Sequence record: OP589283.1
Reading direction: 5' to 3' (one strand)
DNA: 64,000 bases
The translations under genes were made by a program, and so were the position numbers. Below are positions 1-8,732 of the stretch, piece after piece (the first letter of the stretch is position 1; every line of letters begins with the position of its first letter). The notes below the pieces were generated by a model. It had not been told where the DNA came from, did not search any database, and was given only the letters and a program-made list of their open reading frames with translations.

Positions 1-306
1 TACGTTGCAGCAGAATTAGAAAGTGTGTTAAGTATAGGTGAGTATGGAAAGTTCCCCCATGATACTTTATCGTGGCTTTATGACACCTATGATTTCTCTG
101 ACGAAATCTCTGACCCTCAATCGTTAGACGACATGTATCAAAGCACCGCAGACAGCTTAAGTGTGGCGGTATTTGAAATCCATGCGTCTTATGACTTCCA
201 ACACACCAAAGACTTCCTATTACAAAACATCGCGTTATTAGAAGACGTAGAGTTTGATAATCGCGAAAACAGAATTGTAGTGAATATGGATATTCACGAG
301 GAGTAA
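1..306 (+). CDS. Acidic hypothetical protein, 5'-truncated by the window edge
   Basis: Frame is open from position 1 (YVAAELESVLSIGEYG...), so the track's GTG start at 25 is probably internal; D/E-rich. Confidence 0.75.
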   Translation, partial: YVAAELESVLSIGEYGKFPHDTLSWLYDTYDFSDEISDPQSLDDMYQSTADSLSVAVFEIHASYDFQHTKDFLLQNIALLEDVEFDNRENRIVVNMDIHEE

Positions 307-308
307 TT

Positions 309-758
309 ATGAGTGCTACTTACGCCCACGTAATGCACGTGGGTCATTTACATGAAGAGATTGGTGAGGACTTTACTGCTTACACGTTAGATTACCTTAA
401 AGAAAAGATTTACGAATCTTTTGTTGGTGCTCAAAACGGCTTGACCTTAAATGATTGGATTTACAATAACACAGACCTTGGAACGATTTTTCATGAATCT
501 GCTGATTTGTGGGATGAAGAAAATGGTTCCGCTATTGACTATGATAGCGAAGAATACGCTATTTTGGTTAATGACTTTGTAGGTTCTATCGCTGATACCA
601 TTACGGCGGGTATATTTGAAATTGAGAAAATGCCCGAATATCAATCATTAGTTAATCAGGTCAACACTGAACGAGAAAACATTATTGATATGCACTTCAA
701 TGATGATACCCGAGGGTTTGTCACTATACTTACTTTGAAAAGGGGGCGACATGAGTAA
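309..758 (+). CDS. Acidic hypothetical protein (149 aa)
   Basis: ATG 2 nt after the upstream stop, GAGGAG RBS; very D/E-rich. Confidence 0.8.
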   Translation: MSATYAHVMHVGHLHEEIGEDFTAYTLDYLKEKIYESFVGAQNGLTLNDWIYNNTDLGTIFHESADLWDEENGSAIDYDSEEYAILVNDFVGSIADTITAGIFEIEKMPEYQSLVNQVNTERENIIDMHFNDDTRGFVTILTLKRGRHE

Positions 759-1170
759 AACAAAAGCATTCGTGCTAAATATAGATGATTTGTTCCAAAA
801 AATCGGCCCCATTGTTTCAATCGCAGTTTGTGAAAAAATTAAGAGTAGCGTCGAGCACTGTATCGCCACTACTCCAAATGTGACAAACATTAAAGAGTTG
901 GATGTGTTCTTTAACTCTTTATTTGATCATTTGAAAAACATAACTTCAAAAGATTTCATCGTTACTCATCGAGAATTAAGCGATCAAGAAAAGGTCGCTT
1001 TAAATAATCTTGAATTAAGACTTGCTAAAGCACTAAAGTGGTTTGCTAATAATGAAGACTTCACTTTACATCTATCAGCCTTAAAGTTGAATCATGAAGA
1101 TGAGTTTGAATCAGTTAATGTCGAATTCAATGAAAAAGTGATGACCTTTGTAATCACACTAAAAGATTAA
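751..1170 (+). CDS. Hypothetical protein (139 aa)
   Basis: 8-nt overlap with the upstream gene, AGGGGG RBS, followed by a hairpin. Confidence 0.8.
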   Translation: MSKTKAFVLNIDDLFQKIGPIVSIAVCEKIKSSVEHCIATTPNVTNIKELDVFFNSLFDHLKNITSKDFIVTHRELSDQEKVALNNLELRLAKALKWFANNEDFTLHLSALKLNHEDEFESVNVEFNEKVMTFVITLKD

Positions 1171-1174
1171 TCTA

Positions 1175-1206
1175 AACCAACCTACCCGTTAAAAGGTAGG
1201 TTAGTT
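1175..1206 (+). terminator. Intergenic stem-loop, probable intrinsic terminator
   Basis: AACCAACCTACC / GGTAGGTTAGTT inverted repeat with one mismatch. Confidence 0.55.
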
Positions 1207-1231
1207 AAAGAAATTTTTAAAGGAGTTATCC

Positions 1232-1720
1232 ATGATAACAGGTGTATTGAAAATTGATGGGGGGTTAGATGATGACCTCACCATTCCAATGACGGAATAC
1301 TTTTTTGCGTGGTTTGTTGTTGAAACCATTAAAAGTATAGTTAGTTCAAATGGTGACTATAACACATTAACTAACTATTACGACATTGGAGATCTTGAGT
1401 GTTCTTCTGTGACTTACATAGATGTGTTCGTTGAACAACTTATGGAAATGTACGCCGACTGCCATAAGCCAATAATTCTAAACATTGATGAAGAAATACC
1501 CTTCACAGTACTTAATCAAGTGTTAGGTGACTATCATTTCAACCTATTCAAAAGTTTGGTCAGTAATAACTCTTTTGAAGAGTTAGTAAACATCGCCAAT
1601 GAAGTGGGGTTAAATGGGGGTAAGTACAGTGCCACGATTAACACATACGGTAATACTTTTGTGTACCTGATTCAGGGGGATGCTGTAGCTAATAGTCTGA
1701 ACGCGTTACTCAATTCCTAA
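1232..1720 (+). CDS. Acidic hypothetical protein (162 aa)
   Basis: AAGGAG RBS, ATG, terminator directly after. Confidence 0.85.
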   Translation: MITGVLKIDGGLDDDLTIPMTEYFFAWFVVETIKSIVSSNGDYNTLTNYYDIGDLECSSVTYIDVFVEQLMEMYADCHKPIILNIDEEIPFTVLNQVLGDYHFNLFKSLVSNNSFEELVNIANEVGLNGGKYSATINTYGNTFVYLIQGDAVANSLNALLNS

Positions 1721-1727
1721 TTAACTC

Positions 1728-1765
1728 TTATAACTACCAATGTCGTGCGACATTGGTAGTTATAA
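1728..1765 (+). terminator. Intrinsic terminator, 18-bp perfect inverted repeat
   Basis: TTATAACTACCAATGTCG-tg-CGACATTGGTAGTTATAA followed by a T-rich tract. Confidence 0.8.
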
Positions 1766-1790
1766 TTATTTTATTTAACTTTTGCTTTTA

Positions 1791-1810
1791 TTTAGACCTA
1801 TATTACTAAC
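1791..1810 (+). promoter_or_regulatory. Candidate early (vRNAP) promoter
   Basis: TTTAGACCTATATTACTAAC contains TATATTAC, the phiKZ early promoter core; sits between a terminator and a gene; related copies at 27784, 39604 and 56857. Confidence 0.6.
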
Positions 1811-1841
1811 TTGAGTAAACCAACTATTATTGAGGTGCATC

Positions 1842-2150
1842 ATGTACGTAGGTTATAAAAAATCAGTTAGTTTTGTATTCCAAAACAACTCTCGTAGCGA
1901 AATAGAAATGTTTAGCAGTTTGTTAAAACACTGCTTAAACAAAAAGTTGTCATTGTTAGAAGGAATTAAGAATCCACCTAACAGTGATGTCGATGAACCA
2001 TACACCTGGGAATCTTTAACCCCTTTAATCAACAATACTGATTACATTGGTATAGTTAAAGAAGTTATTAATCCCACAAGCAATACTTTCTTTCTTACCG
2101 AAGTAAAGAAAGAAGGAAATGACGTTTTAATCCATGTCTCACATTATTAG
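1842..2150 (+). CDS. Hypothetical protein (~102 aa), probable early gene
   Basis: GAGG RBS precedes ATG 1842; the track's TTG start at 1830 overlaps the RBS. Confidence 0.75.
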   Translation: MYVGYKKSVSFVFQNNSRSEIEMFSSLLKHCLNKKLSLLEGIKNPPNSDVDEPYTWESLTPLINNTDYIGIVKEVINPTSNTFFLTEVKKEGNDVLIHVSHY

Positions 2151-2210
2151 AAGGAGAAAAATACACTCTTAGAGTGGTGGTTAGTACACCCATCTTTAAA
2201 ATAAGTAAAT

Positions 2211-2243
2211 AACTACCCTACTCCATTACGGAGTAGGGTAGTT
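2211..2243. terminator. Bidirectional terminator between convergent genes
   Basis: 14-bp perfect stem AACTACCCTACTCC / GGAGTAGGGTAGTT. Confidence 0.85.
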
Positions 2244-2257
2244 TAAGTTTATTTATT

Positions 2258-3418
2258 TTATTTGCTAAAGTTTGCTTCAAACACATTGTACTTCTTCCCT
2301 GTAGTAGGGTGTATTGCTTTAAACCCTAATTTCATACTTCTCATTACGTTTGCTTTGTTAAACCCGTGAGTAGCAAAATCCTCAGGTTTACTTATTTTTA
2401 ATACTTCTCCGTCCCCAACCAATACCCACGTTTTCATTACAGCTTTTGGTTTTTCTGGTGGTATTAGTTCTTCCCCATCTTCAAATCGTTGTACCGAATA
2501 ACCTTTAATTGTTCCTTGTTTTTCCCAAGTACCTTTTAAATGAGTTTCGTTAAATCCATGTTTATCTCTTAATTCTCTTCCTGTCAATCCATCTATGACA
2601 TCCCCTGTTTCTTTATGTGTTAGCCGATACGTAATCACACTCACTAAGTTCTTCATCGCTTCAGCTAGTTTAAGGCAATTGTTGGCTCTTAATGCACTGT
2701 ATTCTTTGATATCAATAACTTCCCAAGTACACCCTTTGTGTTTTGACATTTTGCCTTCTCGCACCTGCCATAAACTATTAGCGTACAACCCATATTGTTT
2801 ATAATCATCTCCGCCACAAACAACAATGACTTTGCCGTTGTGTTCTGGTATATCAACAACGGTGCCTTTCATCGGGATGACCCCTTGTTTGTTAACCCCC
2901 TTTGGATACGATACTAAATTGTTTGTTATTGCATGATCTTGATTCTCTTTGTTAGTAATCCATTCTAAGTTCCAAGATTCATTACACGTCTTATCGCAAT
3001 TGATGTGATTGATTTGTAAAGCACTTAATGTGGTGTCCCTATGTCTAGTTGGTTTAGGACAGTAAGATGCACCCACTAATCTATGAACCTTTCTTATATC
3101 CCCGTCTAAATTTACATTGAGATAACCTTTCTTGTCTTTACTCGGAGTAAGGCATGTATTTGTTTTAATACTGTAAACGCGTCCACGATTACTAACCAAG
3201 TAATCAGGATATTTAATAGGACGACTATTGGATTTTGCTTTTGTACCAACTATGAGTGGATAGTAGATACATTCATCCCACACTTCGAATTCAGGATCTT
3301 CTTTAATGTGTTGATTTACCACCCCCCTCGCTATATGAGCTTTTGTGTTAGTCTTTACATGTTGGTTAGTGAATGTGTCTTTTTGTATTTGTGATAAACA
3401 GTTAATTAATGTTAACAT
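2258..3418 (-). CDS. Free-standing HNH homing endonuclease (NUMOD4 + HNH + repeated C-terminal DNA-binding modules)
   Basis: YLVSNRGRV (NUMOD4-like); HRLVG...QINHINCDKTCNESWNLEWITNKENQDHA (HNH); three short degenerate C-terminal modules. Confidence 0.9.
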   Translation of the reverse strand: MLTLINCLSQIQKDTFTNQHVKTNTKAHIARGVVNQHIKEDPEFEVWDECIYYPLIVGTKAKSNSRPIKYPDYLVSNRGRVYSIKTNTCLTPSKDKKGYLNVNLDGDIRKVHRLVGASYCPKPTRHRDTTLSALQINHINCDKTCNESWNLEWITNKENQDHAITNNLVSYPKGVNKQGVIPMKGTVVDIPEHNGKVIVVCGGDDYKQYGLYANSLWQVREGKMSKHKGCTWEVIDIKEYSALRANNCLKLAEAMKNLVSVITYRLTHKETGDVIDGLTGRELRDKHGFNETHLKGTWEKQGTIKGYSVQRFEDGEELIPPEKPKAVMKTWVLVGDGEVLKISKPEDFATHGFNKANVMRSMKLGFKAIHPTTGKKYNVFEANFSK

Positions 3419-3499
3419 ATTGAAGTCCCCCTAAGTGAAATATGCGGGAATTACCCCCACATAAGATAGTGGGATAACTAAAAAAATAACTATAAATTC

Positions 3500-3531
3500 A
3501 TATACCAACGACCTTACAGCCGTTGGTATAT
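3500..3531 (-). terminator. Stem-loop after the vRNAP subunit gene
   Basis: ATATACCAACG / CGTTGGTATAT 11-bp inverted repeat, T-rich downstream on the minus strand. Confidence 0.6.
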
Positions 3532-3535
3532 ATGG

Positions 3536-4885
3536 TTATTTACAAGCTTTCTTTAAATCTAACTTTGTTGTTGCTGCCCCGGCAGAGTGATATGCTTTCA
3601 TACGTGTTAACATGAAGTTGGTTGGGATACGAGTAACCGCAGCGGTCATTTGGTCTGCGTTACTTCCAAGTACTTTACCTAAACACACATTACAGAAATC
3701 ACCATTAGGTTGCATACAGAACGCGGGAACACGCACATTAATGTATTGTCCGATTAATGGTTTGATAGTTTCATTAGTAAGTTCAATTGCGTCTCCAGAA
3801 TCATTGTTCGGGTTATAATAACTACCCAACCAATATTTCTGGTTAAACTCTGTCATCATCACACGTTCACCTACCTTAGTACCACAGTTCACACCGGGAT
3901 GAGCTTTAGTTCCCCCAATCAACTGGATGGTGTCTTTTACTGCTGCACCACCTTCACCTGTAGCTTTACCACGGTCATATGCACCAGATACCGTAGAGTT
4001 AACGTAGTTAGTGATTAGGTTTAAATCAACCCCCTCGTCTAAACTTCGTTTTAAGGTAACTAATTTACCTGACTCAGGGTCAGCTTCTACCCCGAAGGCA
4101 ATAAACATCCGTTTACGGTTATCTTCGATAAACTTGGCTTGAGTATAAAACGTGGCATTGTAACTCTTCATCTGTTCTTTCATATCAAGCGCGACGCACT
4201 GCTTAACGATATTAGAGAACACAACAGGATCATCGAGTTGGTCTTTAAACTCTTCATAGAGTTTTTCTTTCAACGCCATAACCGCTGGAGAAGGGCTTAA
4301 CGATTCAATACAACTACTGCGTATCCAGTAGATATCCAATCCTTGTAAATAGTTACCGTGTCGAGCAAACTTTTCTACTGCCTTCTTGTAATCATATTTA
4401 CCGGGAGGATAAACAGGTCGCCATTCTGGATTTCTGGCCTCTTCATCGGTAGGACGAATTTCATCCACCAATACATCAGAAAGTAACTTGCGGACGTAAC
4501 CGTCTGTAATTTCTCCGTTGAGGTATGTAACACCACCATTGTCGAATACTTCGTAAAACAAAATAATATTACAAAGTAATATACCGAAGGTAGTAATCAT
4601 GGGCTCATGAATAAACGGATGTAAATCAGGTGTGATGTCCAGTAATTCATCCTTATCGAATAAAGGTTGTTGAGAATACGTAACATCGTCGATAACAACT
4701 TCATTGCCTTCATGCATGAAATGAAATTTATTACCCTTTACATACACCCCATAAGGGGATGCCTTAAAGGTTTTCATGGTTTCTTCTTCATCAGGAAGCT
4801 GGATAGAAACAACACTGATTAGTGTATTTTTGTCTCCGTAACTTCGAGAACTAAGAAACAATTTTAGATACGCTAGTTTGTTCAT
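3536..4885 (-). CDS. Virion RNA polymerase beta-prime C-terminal subunit (phiKZ gp80-like)
   Basis: Zn-binding cysteines (NCGT...FCMQPNGDFCNVCLG); C-terminal LTRMKAYHSAG aligns with the trigger loop TQLTMRTFHIGG; 449 aa; family gene order. Confidence 0.9.
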   Translation of the reverse strand: MNKLAYLKLFLSSRSYGDKNTLISVVSIQLPDEEETMKTFKASPYGVYVKGNKFHFMHEGNEVVIDDVTYSQQPLFDKDELLDITPDLHPFIHEPMITTFGILLCNIILFYEVFDNGGVTYLNGEITDGYVRKLLSDVLVDEIRPTDEEARNPEWRPVYPPGKYDYKKAVEKFARHGNYLQGLDIYWIRSSCIESLSPSPAVMALKEKLYEEFKDQLDDPVVFSNIVKQCVALDMKEQMKSYNATFYTQAKFIEDNRKRMFIAFGVEADPESGKLVTLKRSLDEGVDLNLITNYVNSTVSGAYDRGKATGEGGAAVKDTIQLIGGTKAHPGVNCGTKVGERVMMTEFNQKYWLGSYYNPNNDSGDAIELTNETIKPLIGQYINVRVPAFCMQPNGDFCNVCLGKVLGSNADQMTAAVTRIPTNFMLTRMKAYHSAGAATTKLDLKKACK

Positions 4886-5781
4886 ACGTCGAGTACCAAT
4901 AGTTTTAAGTAGGATTCAATATTCATTGCTTGCAGAATATCATCACTTAACTCAGCAAACTCTTCGGCTAATTTGACTAAAAGAGTTGGAGTATTAATAT
5001 TACTAACAAGATAAAGAGATACAACATTAAAAACATATTTCTTTAACCCCTCTTCTGAGGTATCCAAACGTAGCGTTTCTAATTCATTTTTAAAGAATGT
5101 TTTGAATGTACCAATGTCACCTTCAAGCGCGCTTCCGTTGGTAACTATTTGACGACCCAGTGTGTCATCCATAAAAAGCATGTTAGCTTTAATACGTTCG
5201 ATTGTCGCATCTGAAACACCTTCTAACAAAGTGTCGTCGTTCTTTAATGTGCCTGCAACGGAAGTAAGCAAACGTTCACTAACATCGTGTACGTGGTAAA
5301 TCACATCTTCCAACTCTTCTTCAGTATAGAAAACCTGAAGTAATTGTTCAAATCGACTTACCGAGTCTATTTCAGTATTAAGCAATTTATCACTTAATCC
5401 GTAAACGTCTTCTAAGCCACCTATTTCAAATAATACAGCAAACAAATAAGTATGTAGGGGTAAGTATTCAAACCCCTTATATTCTTCGTGTAAATGAATT
5501 CCGGCGGCTTCAAGCTGTTCGTTGAGTACGTTGTTTAACGTTAAGTAAATTTCTAACTTTTTACTCTGGATGCCTAATCCCTCGTTAATCAGGGTGCCGA
5601 TGATTAACGGTGTGAGTTCATTCATTGTGTCGTCAATAGCGTATAACAGTTTTAAAACACCAGATAAAACATTATATTGTTCTTTGGGGATGGATTCACC
5701 AAACACATGCCAGGGTTCCCCTATGATTTCTACTGGGTTGATGCTGTCTAAGTCAACCATTTTTTCTATTTCAATAAACAT
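4882..5781 (-). CDS. Conserved acidic protein (~299 aa), gp79-like by position
   Basis: AGGAG RBS before ATG 5781 (track start 5862 extends too far); 4-nt overlap with the vRNAP gene. Confidence 0.75.
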   Translation of the reverse strand: MFIEIEKMVDLDSINPVEIIGEPWHVFGESIPKEQYNVLSGVLKLLYAIDDTMNELTPLIIGTLINEGLGIQSKKLEIYLTLNNVLNEQLEAAGIHLHEEYKGFEYLPLHTYLFAVLFEIGGLEDVYGLSDKLLNTEIDSVSRFEQLLQVFYTEEELEDVIYHVHDVSERLLTSVAGTLKNDDTLLEGVSDATIERIKANMLFMDDTLGRQIVTNGSALEGDIGTFKTFFKNELETLRLDTSEEGLKKYVFNVVSLYLVSNINTPTLLVKLAEEFAELSDDILQAMNIESYLKLLVLDV

Positions 5782-5805
5782 ACTAACTCCTAGAAGGATG
5801 ACATT

Positions 5806-6534
5806 ATGAGTCATAAACGCCAAAAGCCAAAGAAACGCAAAGTGTCTAAAGGCAGACCCCAAAAATTACATAAAATCAATGGTCGAATTGTCAAACGCGA
5901 CATTGCTGGCCACATCAATATGTTAAAGGCCCAAAACAAGCTTTCTGAAGCGATTAATGCTGGCGAGCTAAACGACGACACCATTCCTGATTTGATTCAA
6001 GAAACCATTTCAGGTGTGTATCGCATGACTACATCATTGTTATGTATCAATGCATTGTTAAAAGAACGCACCATTAAGTTAATCCCTAACTTCGCTTCTA
6101 TTTCAGAAAAATGGGATCGCCAAGTAGTGCGTTTTGAAGAAAACGCCGAAGTCTACATGATTCTGAAAGAACAACAACTCACCGACATCGAAAACGATAA
6201 AAACCTTTCAGAAGAAGAAAAGGCGGAAATGTCAAAAGATGAGTCAAATTTATCAGACATCGTCTTTGACTTAGTGGATGGTATTAACGAATTGTTCATC
6301 AACCTCGCAACTGAAATTGCTGATTTAACAATGCGTTATTCAAATGAAATTAACGAGTACATTAAAGACCATGTGCTCGAAAATGAAACACCTAACGATT
6401 TTGCGGTGCGTATTTGTCAAGCGCATATCGAAGAGATTCGTGCTAAATACGCAACTAAGTTAAACCAACCTATTGAAGAAGTCGCTAAAGAGTTAATCGG
6501 CGAGCTGGCTTCTGGAGAACCTGCTAATGTCTGA
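5806..6534 (+). CDS. Hypothetical protein with K/R-rich N-terminus (242 aa)
   Basis: GAAGGA RBS; MSHKRQKPKKRKVSKGRPQK basic head on an acidic helical body. Confidence 0.85.
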   Translation: MSHKRQKPKKRKVSKGRPQKLHKINGRIVKRDIAGHINMLKAQNKLSEAINAGELNDDTIPDLIQETISGVYRMTTSLLCINALLKERTIKLIPNFASISEKWDRQVVRFEENAEVYMILKEQQLTDIENDKNLSEEEKAEMSKDESNLSDIVFDLVDGINELFINLATEIADLTMRYSNEINEYIKDHVLENETPNDFAVRICQAHIEEIRAKYATKLNQPIEEVAKELIGELASGEPANV

Positions 6535-8212
6535 ACCGAACGAACCAATTAATCAAGACGCTCATGTTGAACAACCTGAAACGTCTGTAGCCAAAAACGA
6601 ACCCAAGGCAACGTACAAAGAAGAACATACAGCAAAAAATACCACGTTTGCTGATTATGTTCCACCGGAGCAGTTTATTACTAAACTGTATACTCCTGAA
6701 GAATCCAAGAAGGTATTGGAACAAGGTTATTTAACCTACTTCTTGGGTAACACTAAAAAGGTGATTGAAGAAGCCAACGAAATCATCGCTAACTGGGTGG
6801 AATACACCAGTGCTGAACTTGATTTCATGGACGGTGAAATCAAAGAAAGTGCATTCAATGCGATCAAAAACAAATGGAACGAGTTCAGTGCGGTTAAGTT
6901 CCCGGGTATGGATGAAACTGAAATTCTGGATTACTGCCGTAAACTGTACGCGTTCAATAACGAACTGTTGGATACGGTAAAGGTGCGTTCTAAGGTGATG
7001 CGTGAAAAAGGTATCACCAATATGAACGACCGCGGAGGTCTAACCACAGGTGACGTCATCGGTAAAAAGCCTCGCCGTAATAATGCACCTGACTTGGTTG
7101 AACGCATGCGTATTCAGTCCATTGGCGCACAAGAAGAAGAATATCAGTTTGACATTCTGTTGCGTAACAGCTTTGTCTTTTTGACTATTCGTCGTCCTTC
7201 TCGTTTGAAGTTAGCTGAGTTGATTCGTGAAGTGCACCAAACCGTTAAGGGATATGTTCGTAGCACCAACAACCCAACCATTAACTTAAGTTATTTGGCG
7301 GCGGTACGTGCGCTGTGGAACTATATTACCACGTTAATCATTAACTGTAGTGTAAAGGACATCACGGACTTTAAACAATTGGAAGATATCATCCTTATCA
7401 ATGATGTCGAAGCGTTAGCGGTAGGGTTGTCTAAGGCTAGTATGAACAAAGGTCATAACGTTCAACTGCATTGTTTAGAGCGTGGTTGTGGTTGGGTTGG
7501 TGTTGGTTTAGCTGACCCCGCTAAGTTACTTCAGAAACGCGATAACCTTATCACGAAAGAAGAAGCAGCTATCTATGCGAATATCAGCAACAGCCGTTTG
7601 AAGTTAACGGTCCAGCAAGTGCGTGAACTCCAACGTAAAAGTGCTTACATTGAAGACAATCGTGTTTACAATGAACAAAGAACTTATTACTTGGAAATCG
7701 AACCTCCTTCACTGCGTGTTGGGTTTGAAGCGCTAGACCAAGTTGCAGATTCAATTAACCCACGTATTCAGAAATTACGTGCCAACTCAACGCAAGAAGA
7801 GTTCGAAGCCCAACTTCAAGATTTGTTGATTAACGTATCCCCAATGGAATATATTCATTGGGTAGCAAGAGCAGCTTCTCCTGGTGAAACAGCAGAAGAA
7901 GATGACATCATTGAACGTTATGGTAATAATCAAGCGGCGTTTAACGAAGGTCTGATGACGGTGTTAGAAGACGATAGTTATCTTGCCAACCGATTAGCGA
8001 ATAAGGTACGTTTACAATCTCCATTTATGTCACGCACTTATTGTGCGGTTGGATATTTTGAATGTCCTGAGTGTAAAAAGAATTCAAAAGAACACGATGA
8101 AATTGGTTTAGGTTACACACCAATTAATCCGCTTATGAATTTTTTTACCCTTACCCAGTTGAAGATGATAAACGAAATGCAAACGCTCACGAAGTCAGAC
8201 GAAGCCCTCTAG
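6527..8212 (+). CDS. Conserved 561-aa protein with Cys pairs; putative tail-assembly chaperone (short form)
   Basis: GGAG RBS; CLERGC and CPEC motifs; T7 slippery run 21 codons before the stop. Chaperone role is inference. Confidence 0.8.
   Translation: MSEPNEPINQDAHVEQPETSVAKNEPKATYKEEHTAKNTTFADYVPPEQFITKLYTPEESKKVLEQGYLTYFLGNTKKVIEEANEIIANWVEYTSAELDFMDGEIKESAFNAIKNKWNEFSAVKFPGMDETEILDYCRKLYAFNNELLDTVKVRSKVMREKGITNMNDRGGLTTGDVIGKKPRRNNAPDLVERMRIQSIGAQEEEYQFDILLRNSFVFLTIRRPSRLKLAELIREVHQTVKGYVRSTNNPTINLSYLAAVRALWNYITTLIINCSVKDITDFKQLEDIILINDVEALAVGLSKASMNKGHNVQLHCLERGCGWVGVGLADPAKLLQKRDNLITKEEAAIYANISNSRLKLTVQQVRELQRKSAYIEDNRVYNEQRTYYLEIEPPSLRVGFEALDQVADSINPRIQKLRANSTQEEFEAQLQDLLINVSPMEYIHWVARAASPGETAEEDDIIERYGNNQAAFNEGLMTVLEDDSYLANRLANKVRLQSPFMSRTYCAVGYFECPECKKNSKEHDEIGLGYTPINPLMNFFTLTQLKMINEMQTLTKSDEAL
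8140..8146 (+). promoter_or_regulatory. Candidate -1 programmed frameshift site (U UUU UUU)
   Basis: AAT TTT TTT ACC in frame 0; the -1 frame is open from 8128 (after TAA 8125-8127) to 8685. Confidence 0.7.
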
Positions 8213-8685
8213 ACTTCATTAACCCAGTAGGCCGTGTTCATTCTGAAAGTTACATGACAGTCAGTCGTATGTTGATTGGTAAACCGTTTCATGAAGATAA
8301 GTACGCCCCTACTGGGTTACAAGAAAGCCAAATGCATGACTTCGACATGGGTTATTATACGTTAAGTGATAAAGACCCCTTTCGTTCTATTAAGTGGATT
8401 GAAGAAGAAAATGCGTATGTCCATCAATACTCCTTAGAGGAGCTAGGACGTGTTTACGCGTATAACCGTTTACAAGAATATATTCCATTAGACTTGTATT
8501 TAAACTTACCCAGTATCGTTGTAGACGATTTAATTACAGGGTTGGTTAACGGTCGTTCTGAACGTGAAGAATACGATGACGAGCAACGTAAGAAACGTAA
8601 AGAAGAAAACGGAGATTCACTTGATGATGAAGAAGAAAAGCTGAAAAAATTAGTCGAAAGAGCAGAAAGATTGAATAAAATTTAA
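8146..8685 (+). CDS. -1-frame extension (track ORF 8254..8685), probably the C-terminal part of a 719-aa fusion
   Basis: No SD before ATG 8254; the frame reads YPYPVEDDKRNANAHEVRRSPLDFINPVGRVHSESY-MTVSRM without a stop. Confidence 0.7.
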   Translation, partial: YPYPVEDDKRNANAHEVRRSPLDFINPVGRVHSESYMTVSRMLIGKPFHEDKYAPTGLQESQMHDFDMGYYTLSDKDPFRSIKWIEEENAYVHQYSLEELGRVYAYNRLQEYIPLDLYLNLPSIVVDDLITGLVNGRSEREEYDDEQRKKRKEENGDSLDDEEEKLKKLVERAERLNKI

Positions 8686-8732
8686 AATGTTATGCCCTAA
8701 ATTTTATTCATCCCTTTACTGAGGAAATCGAC

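Noticed and set aside
2258-4885. HNH gene as an intron-encoded ORF interrupting the RNAP gene
   Set aside because: The RNAP subunit ends naturally just after its trigger-loop motif, a terminator-like hairpin separates the genes, and no downstream exon or group I core is visible
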